A DNA stretch of 64,000 nt from Schmidtea polychroa (lineage: Eukaryota). The notes under the pieces were generated by a model. The model saw only the letters and a program-made list of their open reading frames with translations. It was not told the origin of the DNA and searched no databases. Each line of letters starts with the position of its first letter. Position 1 is the stretch's first letter. Positions 1 through 12,225 of this stretch are shown here, piece by piece. Position numbers and translations under genes: made by a program. The stretch is taken from assembly GCA_044892525.1 (NCBI GenBank), contig CM097885.1:3102001-3166000 (forward strand). Direction: 5' to 3'.

Positions 1-113
1 GTTTCAAATTGGATTACACTTGTTTACCTCTTGAAAATGTTTGTTTAATGGAATGGCTGGTAAAATCCCATTATAAAAGTTGGCGGATCCGGAGTCCATT
101 AATTCCAATTGTC

Positions 114-1061
114 ATGAGAAGTTTATTTTGCCTTTTGTTGATAGTTGCGGCAGTTAGCTACGTATCTGGCCAATGCGGATGTCCCCGCCAAGTATTCAAT
201 TGCCTATCAATTGCTTAATGTATAATTGTATTGCTTCTGTAGAAACTGCTCAAACGAGGCCACGACAGCATGCACCTGGGAGATATGGTGCTTGACAAGA
301 GTGACATTGCACTGATCAATGGGGTAAATATCATATTATATGCCTTCATCATTTGATCCCATTCAAGTTCAAAGCTCATTACTCGAATTCCAAAAGATGG
401 CCAAATAATCAAGTTTTGTTTTCATTTGCTCCAGCTTTCCGTTAGTTTATTTCATTGATAAAGGTTTTCTATATTTTCATTGTGCTCCATTGCAGCTGGT
501 GACAAAAAGGGCATCGTACGAGAGTGCTTAGTGGAATTGCAAAGGGATCTGGGAAATTGTGTCAAATTCAGTGAATCAAGTGCCAGCCATTATATTGAGG
601 TACAATCTCTCAATCAAGGTTGTTACTCTCTCTTGGGTTACACCGGAGGACCGAAACAACCATTGAACTTGCAGAATCCTGGATGTATGTACTCGAAAGG
701 AACAATCAAACACGAATTCATCCACGCCTTGGGATTCATGCATACCCACATGAGAAAGGATAGAGATAACCACATCACTATCAAATGGGATAGAATCTTG
801 ACCACTCGTAAGTTTCATCTTTTACCTATATCAAGTTAGCAATTTGTAATTGATGCAGACTGCAGTCAATTTGTGAAGTGTGAAGGTTGCGAATTGGACG
901 GACCGTACGAAACCAACAGTGTAATGCATTATCCAAGCTACGGATTCGCTTGCGTTCCCGGAGAAAATGTCGTATTTAAACGAGACGGAGGACTGATTGA
1001 TTACAATCACGTAACAACAAGAAATGATTTGGACATGGTCCGAAAATTTTACGAATGTTAA
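114..1061 (+). CDS. Secreted astacin-family (M12A) zinc metalloprotease, copy 1; 5 exons (114-191, 243-323, 368-440, 496-807, 859-1061), 248 aa
   Basis: Signal peptide MRSLFCLLLIVAAVSYVSG; propeptide LGDM; mature WPNNQV; zinc motif HEFIHALGFMH; RKDRD; Met-turn SVMHY; GT-AG introns restore one frame; TATA-like TTATAAAA at 71-78. Confidence 0.93.
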
Positions 1062-2809
1062 ATTTTGAACAATAAATACTTTAAATAAATGCGTGCTTTA
1101 TTGCTGTCTTTTAGTTCTTTGGTAAATCCTTCAAAGCGTATATTTTGTCAAGTAATATTATGAAAATGACAAAGTAGTTATAGGAAGCTGCTTGATGACT
1201 TATTTCCTATGAACGTGTCAGTATGGCATGAAGCTTATATATCACATTCCCACAAAAGGAGGAAATATGTCTAATTCACTGATCTACATGACCCTCAAAA
1301 TGTACTACATGACCTTGGAATAGTCCAGTTTTATCGTTATGCGATATTTATAGATTTGCGTTTCAATAAATATAAAAATATTGATAAGCTCTAACTGCCC
1401 ACATTTCTGCTATAATTAAAACAAATTTATTATCCAATCAGATCATTCAAAGGATGGCCAACCAATTGACAATTTTATCAACACTAAGTTTCATATTTTC
1501 AAATCAAATTGCGGGTTAATAATGATATTACCTGATTTTATTTATAATTATTTATATGTATAATGTATGAACGATAACAACAACCCAAATAAATATATAT
1601 TTAAGACCACCATGAGTAGGTATTTATTAGCGCCCTGCATCACAACCATTTTGTGTTAATCCCTTCTAGGAAAACTTATTTTGTTGCTGCAGAGGGCTCC
1701 CGTATATTATTTATAAACAAAATTGAAAACAAATAATAAAACTAACTATGGCATTTTAAAAAGTAATTGTTAAAAACATTATCGTTCCGGTTGTTTCCAA
1801 AACATTTAATGAGAAAACAAAACGTAGTAAGAAAAGTAGGAAAAGTAAGAAAGGGAACAAACAAACTAAGATATGGTTAAATTATAAACAATCTAGCCAG
1901 TTAACTAATGATAGTAATGAAATTTGAACAGAGTTTACCAAATTTTAATGCCTTAATAAAAAGAAGTAATTGTAAATGTGGTACGTTACTATATATGGGC
2001 ACGCCAAACCAGGGGCCTGATGGCCCAACTCCCTAGCCTTTCTCCCTTTTGAGGATTTTTGCATTTTTCCTAAAAAAACTGAGTATTTTTATATAGGTCA
2101 ATCCAAATTTATTATTTATTTATTTTTAAAGAACTTTAACTAAAAAATTATGTTGGTCAATCCAATTTATTTATTTTTTCAAATAGTCTTTAAAACCATG
2201 AATCCGCAAGGACAAAGACACACTATATAATTAAATTAATACTTTTGGGGTAGAAAAAATTGTCTGTGTGTGAAGGACAATAAATAAGGAATATCTCATC
2301 AACTTTTAAGAATCAAAAATTATATATCTAAAATCGACTTTAAAACCATGGGCCCAAGACAAAGATATATTCTTTATACACACATTCTATAGTTTAATTA
2401 AATAGCTTTAAAACAGGACAGTACTTTTCCAAAGTTGATTATTGAGAGTTCTTGGCACTGTATTTCTGCGAACAATGGCTCATTTCGAAGGGTTTTACTC
2501 AGGGTATCTTAATGTTTATTGTAGTGATCCATGGTGTTAAGTGGTATGTTTAATAAGAAAATTGATGGGGTAGTATGTTTGATAAGAAAATTGATGGGCC
2601 CGAAACAGTCTTCGTTAAAACTTGTGGCGGGACAATCGGGGTGCGTGCTGTGTACTAATAAAGTAATTACAGATAAAATAAAAATAATAATGAACAATAA
2701 TATTTAGTGAAATAGAACTTTTATTCAAATACAAATTTTAAAACCTTTAGTTCGGAGGTAGACAGTAATCTTGTTAGCTTTTACGGCCTTTGAGTTTTCT
2801 TTTTTAATA

Positions 2810-3012
2810 TTAAGCAGCCTTCAGTTTATTTATGATCGGTTTATTTATTTTCTGTCTCTAGAGTTATCTTTTGATATTCTACTGTCTTAAAATTCTTTGT
2901 GTTACCTTCGAATTTTCTTTTTTAAAATTAAGCAGCCTTCAGTTTATTTATGATCAGTTTATTTATTTTCCGGCTCTAGAGCTATCTTTTGATATCCTAC
3001 TGTCTTCAATTT
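2810..3012. repeat. Imperfect tandem duplication of an approximately 119-bp unit
   Basis: ttaagcagccttcagtttatttatgatc...ctactgtctt occurs twice consecutively. Confidence 0.8.
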
Positions 3013-3539
3013 CTTTATGTCCTTTCTTTTAATAAAATTTCGAACAATGATTTCTTTTCTTTAATCTTCCCTTTAGAATTATTTTGATATGTTATTAATC
3101 CGTAGTTTTTTTATTGATTTTTTTAAAATTTTTCAATTTCCTATAGCGATAATTCACTATAGTAAATTATCGCTATATAGTTTTTTTTGAAAATCTGGAT
3201 TTCCCAGATGGTGACAATTTATATTTTAGTATTCACAATTCCTAATTGTGAACACTAAAATACAAGTAAAAATAACTATACATTAACTGAAATACTAGTA
3301 AAAATAACTATATATTACACATGGTAATCAAGGGTACTGCAAGGGTCATTTTAAAGATTTTTATGGATGGTCAAAATCGAAAAATAATATTTTAAAAATT
3401 AAATTCACGTCGAAATATGATCAAATAGTTGGTGTGTATATAGAGGTTTATGTGCTCTACAATATGGTGCTACTTAGACCTTTGAGGGTTCAACGACGGT
3501 GTGTCACAACATTCAAATGGCTAAATATTTTGATTTTCT

Positions 3540-3700
3540 CAAAAAGGTCAAAACAAGTGATTTGGAAAAAGGCAGTGCCGAAAATTCGTGAATATCAAAA
3601 AAACATCAATATCTTTACTGATTCATAGTCAAGTTTTTAAATTTCAAATGTCAATTGAAAATAAATCAGTGGTGAAATTTTTAAAAAGTTCTTATAATAT
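3540..3700. mobile_element. Segment of a dispersed foldback/MITE-like repeat family associated with (ATT)n
   Basis: Shares tactgattcatagtc and aaatcagtggtgaaatt...aagttcttataat with 20625-20813 and 21726-21914; reverse-complement matches at about 6656-6705 and 62400-62530. Confidence 0.6.
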
Positions 3701-3720
3701 GATAATTATTCTTATCATTA

Positions 3721-4149
3721 AAATAAACAGTACAAGCTTTGTGATACCCAGTGCAAATCCCAATAGTAGACTAGTTTCAAGCTTTTGGCTCTCATCAGTG
3801 TTATGCAGGAGACGCGAAGATTTCTCATCGCGCCAGGTAAGTATGCAATATTGTTGATTCAACTCTATTGCATACTTTCCCCGGTACACTGGAAATCACA
3901 TCGCTTGCAAAATAGCTTGGTCACAGAAAAAATCTGTAAACTTGTAAACATGGCGTATGAAAAATCATAATCACCTCTGCGGACTAAAAAATTTGTCGAT
4001 ACACTGAAACTGTTTACAAGTGCATCCGATTACCTTTAGCATTTTTAACTTATAAAGTAATGGTGTAAAATATTTTTGTCGGATGTCTCACTTGAATAAA
4101 ATAAACAGTACAAGCTTTGATACCCAGTGCAAATCCCAATAGTAGACTA
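3721..4149 (-). mobile_element. Retrozyme-like non-autonomous retroelement (hammerhead-containing, about 376-nt monomer) with terminal direct repeats and 12-bp target-site duplication
   Basis: About 53-bp direct repeats (3719-3773, 4097-4149) flanked by TTCTTATCATTA at 3709-3720 and 4150-4161; hammerhead core adjacent to the repeat on the minus strand. Confidence 0.75.
3757..3810 (-). ncRNA. Type I hammerhead ribozyme
   Basis: Minus strand reads ucCUGcauaaca-CUGAUGA-GAGC-caaaa-GCUU-GAAA-cuag-UC-uacuauuggga: intact core, 4-bp stem II, palindromic stem III, extended imperfect stem I. Confidence 0.75.
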
Positions 4150-4170
4150 TTCTTATCATTATTATTATAA

Positions 4171-4725
4171 TTAATGTATTAAGTCACAATGAATTATAAC
4201 AAGCTGGTTTTTATTTTTATTATTTATCATTTGCTTGACCGAAAGTTTATAAGTCAACAAAACATGATCTCGGGTTTGGCCATCTATGGAAATCACAACT
4301 CCAAATTCTTCGATAATTCCCTTAGTGATGACGCCATTAATAGAAGTTTCGAAAACATTATAACCTCGCCAAATTGTCTCAATACGAAACAATGGCGTAG
4401 TGATAGTCCGATGATAGATTCGACGTGTGGCAATTATCTTTAGAATTTCAGCATATTGACGTTTGACTTGAGTTGATTTTGAGAAATTCACATAATCTAA
4501 CCAACTGGGAAAACTCTTGAAATCCAAACCCATTGCCTCAATACCATCCATAAAATAAACAATCATCCGATGAGAAATTCGCCGTACAGCAATTGTCTTC
4601 TGACTTTCAACATATTAACGTTTGACTTGAGTTTATTTTAAGAAATTCACATAATCTGATTAAATAGAAGAACTCCTTAAGTCCAAACCCAGTTTATTTA
4701 CTTCATAATAATAATCTTTAGCCAT
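4171..4725 (-). pseudogene. CSTF3: Uninterrupted fragment of CstF-77/suppressor-of-forked (HAT repeats), partly duplicated, carried by hairpin unit A
   Basis: GIEAMGLDFKSFPSWLDYVNF...IIATRRIYHRTITTPLFRIETIWRGYNVFETSIN resembles the CstF-77 Suf region; about 85 bp duplicated at 4446-4530 and 4606-4690. Confidence 0.75.
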
Positions 4726-4908
4726 TCTTTCTTAAAAACTTTAATATTCAAATCTTGTTCCGAAAACTGTTCTTTTAAACAAACTTTTAACCAAATTCCA
4801 GAAAATTCGAAATAAATCCAAAAATCGAAGAAAATAATAATCAATTCGAGAAATCACACCATAGAAATACACACAGATTCCAAACTATGCTTAAAAGGCA
4901 CATATTCA

Positions 4909-5015
4909 GCGTCTGTGTGCGCACACCAACATGAAAAACAATTTTTAATAAAAACGCGCGCACAGATGCGATAAAAACGACAAGAAACACAAATCACTAT
5001 TCCCCGCGTCTGTGT
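4909..5015 (-). repeat. Conserved GC-rich hairpin head of unit A plus an extra partial arm
   Basis: gcgtctgtgtgcgcacacc (4909-4927) and gcgcgcacagatgcg (4956-4970) form an inverted pair; extra ccgcgtctgtgt at 5004-5015. Confidence 0.85.
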
Positions 5016-5095
5016 TCCTGATTTAATTTAAAATAATATAGAAAAATATATCAAATATACTTTTAAAAGATCATTAGGACTATTAGGTAGTCATA

Positions 5096-6905
5096 ATGAT
5101 GGAAGTTCATAAAGACGGAGTTTTCATGAGACCTGTTTTATCTATGGTTGGAACAGCTCAGTATAAAATAGCGAAGTATTTGGATTGGTTATTAAAACCC
5201 TTAATAAAATCTGAGTTTGAATGTAAAGACAGTTTCGAATTTGCATCATGTATAGGACAATTGAATAAAAATAATGTTAATGAGTATATGGTTTCGTTTG
5301 ATGTATATAGTTTATTTACTAATGTCCCGTTGAAAGAAACAATCGATTTATGTTGTGAATTATGGAATGAAAATATTAATGCGCATAATATGTGTGATGG
5401 AAGTGGATTTAGGAAGCTTTTAGAGGTTGCAACTTCCAAAGTTAATTTTCTTTTTAATAATGAATGATATGAACAAATTGATGGAGTGGCTATGGGTTAG
5501 CCCTTAGCCCTAACAATGGCGTCAATATTTTTGGCTTGTTTAGAAAAGAAAATTGCTTCTTTTCAATATGAAAAACCAATTATGTATAAAAGGTATGTTG
5601 ATGATATTTTTCTGATATTTAAAAATGAGGAACATGTGAAAACCTTTTTGCATTACATGAATAGATTGCATAAGAACATTAAATTCACATATGAAACTGA
5701 GAAAGATTCATCCATAGCATTTCTTGACTTGTTAATTAAACGTAAAGATGAACAATATGAGACAGAAATGTATAGAAAGCCAACAGATACCGGCCTCTAT
5801 ACTACCACAGAGAGTTTTTGTGAATTTAAATATAAAAGAAATATGGTGAAAGGATTGGTTTATCGATCATGATACTTAACTTTCACTTTTAAAATTCAGT
5901 AAAAAGTGTAGATAAATTAGTTGAATTACTGGTGAAGAATGGCTACTCAAAACGGTTTTTATTTTCAACGTTGAAAGAGACTGTTGATAAATGTATGAAT
6001 AATGCTAAGGATCGTAGCATGAATGAATGTAAATTGACTGATATGTCGAATGATGTAGTGAATATGAGTATTCATACTAACAAACAAGATGAGCCAAAAT
6101 ATACGATGGTATTGCCGTATTCTGAAGGATATAAGGATTTCAAAAGAAAGATTAGTAAACAGCTGTATACATTGAATTATAGAATTGTTTCAAAATCGTG
6201 CAAAGAACGTAGTATGTTTGTTAGTAAATCTCAAACGCCGGTCGGATTGTGTTCGGATCTCGTTTATCAATTCACATGTAATGGGTTTAATGCCACATAC
6301 ATTGGAGAGACTTCCCGCCATCTCTGTACTCCAGTTCAAGAATACTATCGACTGAAGAGAGTGTCCAATAATTAGGACAACAATAAAGTATGTATGAGAG
6401 AATTAGGAATGTCTGATTTTAAAATCTTATCAAAAGATTTTGATAATTGTTTTGAGCGTGTGATATGTGAAGCATTATTGATAAGAACTTTTAATCCTAA
6501 AATCAATGTGCAGAATGCTGTTAATACGTGTGTGTTAAATGTTTTTAATTTGGTTTTTGTATGTTTATGTATATTGAATAATAGTTATGTTAAATAATTT
6601 AAAAAATAATTAAAATAATATTTTTTAAATAATTTTAAAAGTTTAAATATTAGTATTATTATAAGAACTTTTAAATCTTCTAATTTCACCACTGATTATT
6701 TTTTCCATTAAAGAATTTTAAAAGTATAAAATAATTGATTGTTGAAAATTATTTTTAAAAATAATTATTTAAAATTATTATTAATAATTAAAACATTTAT
6801 AGATTTCATAATTTTTTTTATAAATTATCAATATTGTGAATATAAGTAACCTGATGATGATAGTGATGCTATCGAAATATATAGTGAAAAAGACGTACGA
6901 AAAGC
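5096..6905 (+). mobile_element. Penelope-like retroelement, 5'-truncated and degenerate (RT plus GIY-YIG endonuclease)
   Basis: RPVLSMVGTAQY, SFDVYSLFTNVP, GVAMG*PLAP, RYVDDIF, FLDLLI, YRKPTDTG; GIY-YIG LVYQFTC...YIGETSRHL; several stops and frameshifts; runs into an (ATT)n tract. Confidence 0.92.
6846..6887 (+). ncRNA. Minimal hammerhead ribozyme motif in the Penelope 3' region
   Basis: CTGATGA-t-GATAGT-gat-GCTATC-GAAA-TATATA-gtg: core, stem II and palindromic stem III; stem I weak. Confidence 0.6.
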
Positions 6906-6906
6906 G

Positions 6907-7038
<132 letters not shown>

Positions 7039-7247
7039 TTGCGATCAAATAATAAGATCAACAAATGACCCTAAATTGATCCTTATCCAAATAAAATTTA
7101 GACCGATTTGAATTTTCTTCTTATTCAAACAAAGTTTCAAATTGGTTTACATTTGTTTACCTCTTCAAAATGTTTGTTTAAACGGAATGGCTGGTAAAAT
7201 CCCATTATAAAAGTTGGCGGATCCGGAGTCCATTAATTCCAATTGTC

Positions 7248-8200
7248 ATGAGAAGTTTATTTTGCCTTTTGTTGATAGTTGCGGCAGTTAGCTACGTATC
7301 TGGCCAATGCGGATGTCCCCGTCAAGTATTCAATTGCCTATCCTTACCATGGCTAAATGTATAATTGTATTGCTTCTGTAGAAACTGCTCAAACGAGGCC
7401 ACGACAGCATGCAACTGGGAGATATGGTGCTTGACAAGAGTGACATTGCACTGATCAATGGGGTAAATATCATATTATATGCCTTCATCATTTGATCCCA
7501 TTCAAGTTCAAAGCTCATTACTCGAATTCCAAAAGATGGCCAAATAATCAAGTTTTGTTTTCATTTGCTCCAGCTTTCCGTTAGTTTATTTCATTGATAA
7601 AGGTTTTCTATATTTTCATTGTGCTCCATTGCAGCTGGTGACAAAAAGGGCATCGTACGAGAGTGCTTAGTGGAATTGCAAAGGGATCTGGGAAATTGTG
7701 TCAAATTCAGTGAATCAAGTGCCAGCCATTATATTGAGGTACAATCTCTCAATCAAGGTTGTTACTCTCTCTTGGGTTACACCGGAGGACCGAAACAACC
7801 ATTGAACTTGCAGAATCCTGGATGTATGTACTCGAAAGGAACAATCAAACACGAATTCATCCACGCCTTGGGATTCATGCATACCCACATGAGAAAGGAT
7901 AGAGATAACCACATCACTATCAAATGGGATAGAATCTTGACCACTCGTAAGTTTTGTCTTTTAACTACATCAAGTTAGTAATTTGTATTTGATGCAGACT
8001 GCAGTCAATTTGTGAAGTGTGAAGGTTGCGAATTGGACGGACCGTACGAAACCAACAGTGTAATGCATTATCCAAGCTACGGATTCGCTTGCGTTCCCGG
8101 AGAAAATGTCGTATTTAAACGAGACGGAGGACTGATTGATTACAATCACGTAACAACAAGAAATGATTTGGACATGGTCCGAAAATTTTACGAATGTTAA
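7248..8200 (+). CDS. Astacin-family metalloprotease, copy 2 (same 5-exon structure)
   Basis: Exons near-identical to copy 1 (H to Q in propeptide MQLGDM); introns 1 and 4 differ more. Confidence 0.93.
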
Positions 8201-8757
8201 ATTTTGAACAATAAATACTTTAAATAAATGCGTGCTTTATTGCTGTCTTTTAGGTCTTTGGTAAATCCTTCAAAGTGTATATTTTATCAAGTAATATTAT
8301 GAAAATGACAAAGTAGTTATAGAAGCTGCTTGATGACTTATTTCCTATGAACGTGTCAGTATGGCATGAAGCTTATATATCACATTCCCACAAAAGGAGG
8401 AAATATGTCACTTGTACTGATCAGGAAATATATCTAATTCACTGATCTACGTGACCCTCAAAATGTACTACATGACCTTGGAATAGCCCAGTTTTATCAC
8501 TATGCGATATTTATAGATTTGCGTTTCAATAAATATAAAAATATTGATAAGCTCTAACTGCCCACATTTCTGCTATAATTAAAACAAATTTATTATCCAA
8601 TCAGATCATTCAAAGGATGGCCAACCAATTGACAATTTTATCAACACTAAGTTTCATATTTTCAAATCAAATTGCGGGTTAATAATGATATTACCTGATT
8701 TTATTTATAATTATTTATATGTATAATGTATAGACGATAAATATAATATAAAATAAT

Positions 8758-9126
8758 GGTACTTCCGTGTTATCTTACCCCCAAAAATTAAATTAAAAAA
8801 GAACACATAATTATTATATTTATTTTCTCAATCAAGTTACAAACTCAGCAAATGTTTGTAAAAAGTTTGTAAATGGTCATCCAGGTGGCCAGAAAACCAC
8901 AATGTCGTTGAGAATAGTGTCGAACACATCGGCACTGTTGCTTAGAACACGTCTGCGCCACGTAAACTCACAATCACATAATCACATAAATCACAGATAG
9001 CCTTAATAAATTCATGTTCAATAATAATCAATAACGTCATCAATAATGTATTCTCTCATTTTTTATATTGTTATTTTAATTGTATTTTATAATTTAATTT
9101 TGGGGGTAAGATAACACGGAAGTACC
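8758..9126 (-). mobile_element. Internally deleted Merlin (IS1595/ISXO2-like) DNA transposon
   Basis: TIR ggtacttccgtgttatcttaccccc / gggggtaagataacacggaagtacc; 8-bp TSD aaaataat; minus-strand remnant CEFTWRRRVLSNSADVFDTILNDIVVFWPPG* resembles a Merlin transposase C-terminus. Confidence 0.8.
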
Positions 9127-10005
9127 AAAATAATAATGATGTTCAACTTAGGAAGACATTCTCATGGTTGTTAAACTTACGGTCAAGGTACTTAGGTTAT
9201 TTATGTACACCTCAGGTAGCAGGGTCTCTTGGCGGGACATTTTAAAATTGTGATATGTAAATAATATGTAATAAAAATCATAATAATTAGTATATGGACA
9301 TTGTTTTCACCTCAATTCCGCAAACTTAATTCTTATAACTTCCATCGCGTTTCCCCCTAGTGTTTGGACGTACCACTTGACGACATTCATGCCCATTTCA
9401 CTAATTATCCCGTTTAATTCTATTTGCTATCCATTGAATATTCGACTTTCTCGTTTATTTTTGACATTTTTGTTTATAGGAATGGAAGAGAAAAGAACGG
9501 TTATTATAAGGATTTATCTTCAACTCCAGATGTCTTTGATAGTTCTATAAATTCCCCCGCAATTCTGAAGGGATCCGACATTTGACTTAACCATCAAAAT
9601 AAATAATAAACATTTTTAGCGCTTTGTTTCCCAAAATGAGAAGTTTATTACTTGTTATTATAAATTTCAACTCCATACGAGGGGAACTGATACAATCTTC
9701 TGAGTCGTCTCTTTGATACTCGGCATATAAAACCTTGGGATGGAGTTATGGTACAAACTTGGTGAAATTTCGAGTAGGCCGAAGTTTCTAAAGAAAACTC
9801 CTTGTTAGGAAGTAAATGGAGATTGAAACAATTCTAGGAACAAACTCACAAAAAAGAAACAACAACTTTTGGAAATTTGGATCATGATAATTCGGCTGAT
9901 CTCAGCGAAATATACACCGAGGGAGGGAGGGGGCATGATGGGTGAAGAAGACAGGCGATAAACTCGCAAATGGATGGAATCATGACAACTTGTAATAAAC
10001 TAGAT

Positions 10006-10315
10006 CAGTGGTTCTCAACCCGTGTTCTGCGAAAAAAATGACATTTTATCTTTAAATTTGCATTTGAGATATATATCATCAAAACCTCAATTAATTATTT
10101 TATAAGCTGATTCAATAAGAAAGCCGTTACACAGATATTGTTATTGCTACGCGTGGTATTTTCTTTGCTTATATGAAGGCATTTTTTTACGTTTACGACA
10201 GATTTTTGTAATTTGTGATTGGTCACTCATTGTGAGCAAGTATTTTTGTCAGTGTTCCGCGTAAAAAGATCATGTGAATGGTGTTTCGCGCTTTTATATT
10301 AATTGAGAACCACTG
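10006..10315. mobile_element. hAT (Charlie-type) MITE
   Basis: TIR cagtggttctcaa / ttgagaaccactg; TSD aactagat/aactagct. Confidence 0.85.
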
Positions 10316-12089
10316 AACTAGCTTATCATTTATTAGCAAAATGCGTTTCTAAAATCTAAACAAATTTGATATAAATTGCTGTTAAAAATTAAAATGAAAA
10401 TAAATACAAATTACATAAAGTTTTTTTAATTGCACATTTCTTATTTTATTCGCATTTATTCCTAATGGCCGTATGAAATGTCAGTTATAGGTCAGCATCA
10501 CTGATGATTGGTTGGAAACTCGGGCCAATAGAATTTATTCTAAATCTAAATCTTTAAAATAAAAACATTAATGTGAATACTGCAACTGCAAAGCTCTAAA
10601 TGTGCTAATTCTGAGAAATGATGTTAAGTGCTCCTTTGTCAGTCTCTTGCTTATAGAATTCTTCTAGCAATTCACGGTAGATCACACTTTTACACATATA
10701 TAGGTTGAAGCAACTATAGCACTTATTTCATGGGCGTGATATATTCAATTTAGGAAACTTGCAGTCGATAAGGATTTGTAAAGCTCTTATTTTGGAATAT
10801 TGATAAACAATTGGTTTAGGTGATTATTAGATTGTAACTCAATTAATTCAAGCTGCAAATCAGGCCTCACTGTTTCAAACTTTTTGTTGTAAGGCATGAT
10901 AACTAGTTTAGAGTTTATCTCATTGAACTTCCAAATAATAACATCAAAGTGAGCATGTATATTTCAATATTATAACGTTATTGATTGTTTTCTTATATTG
11001 TAGAAAATGTATCTCAGTGGAGTTAGGTTTATTACTGACGTAAAGATTTTCTCTGCCCCATGAGTCATGCGGTTTGCATACAGACAGCTGGTTCCAGTTG
11101 ATAACATTTGTGTAGTGTATGTTGGATTGATAAACTTTACTTGCCTGGTATTTAATTTATATTTTTATTGTTTATTACATTTATTGTTGTTAATATTGCA
11201 TGTTTATTTATTAATTGTTTTAATTCTTTTTAATTCTGTTAATTTTAATAAAATTCATAATACGAATAAGTTATTTTATGTTTTTATGAATAAAGTTTTG
11301 TGAACTTTTATAAATTAAATTGATTATAGCTGTAGAGACATACAACTAATTCGAATAAAGATTTTATTCAAAAGGACATTGAAATAAATAATGGATATAT
11401 CTGCTCCAATAGTCAATGTTACAACGAAAGCGCGGCCACTTGATCTGGTGATTGCACGGAGATTGTTAATGATCTTGAATTTTAGCATGTAGACTACATT
11501 ATCGTACGATGTGAAAGTATTTGGATCTTTGTCTGGAATAACTTTGTTAATTAACTCCTTTTGGCTGAAGACGGACGAGTCAGTCCTTTTCTCGTAACGA
11601 GTTTTATCAGGATAATGGTTAGAATTAAAAATTAGTGTTCCACGGTAAATTTCTTTGGTCGAATAGATGGTTTTGATGATCAAGATCATCATCAGAGAGA
11701 TTATAGCTAAGAAAACGATGGCTTCAGTTTCTTAAATGTCTGTCATATTTTCTTTATTGGTTCTGATGAGATTTAATGGTTGAGAAGTTGAATGATTCAT
11801 TAATTGTTTTTTATATTGATTTCGATTTTGGAAAAAAGTGAAGATTATTTAAACAATGACTTTAATTTGATTTAGTTACAATTAATTTAATTTTAATTTA
11901 ATTAATTTAATAATATATTTTAATTTCAATTATAAAATTGGTAAAAGTGGGAGTCAGAGGCACTACAATAGCAATCACAAAATAATGGTATTGATTTAAA
12001 TATAAGTAAAACGCTAACCAATATAAATATTTTGACATACTTACTGTCATCATCAGATAGAATTAAAATTCAAACTGTATAATTATATA

Positions 12090-12225
12090 CAGTGGTGGAA
12101 TTCAATTTTCTTTTGAACCGGTACGCTTTTCAAATTTTTATTGATTTGTAAAATGAAAAATCCGTACGCACTTACTAAAACTTATCAAGAACCAGTACGG
12201 GCGTACCGACTGAATAATATTACTG
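12090..12225. mobile_element. Short hAT-like MITE remnant
   Basis: cagtggtggaattca start, imperfect tgaataatattactg end, internal ccggtacg-like repeats. Confidence 0.5.

Noticed and set aside
215..818. Minus-strand ORFs overlapping the astacin genes (and antisense ORFs over TRMT6 and MAN2C1)
   Set aside because: Shadow ORFs of real plus-strand genes.
2509..2697. Small ORF with a signal-peptide-like N-terminus
   Set aside because: TTG start, internal duplication and no recognisable family; insufficient support.
10498..10545. CTGATGA followed by a possible stem (also 11763 and 24231 on plus, about 11690 on minus)
   Set aside because: No correctly placed GAAA or no stem II, so not called as hammerheads.
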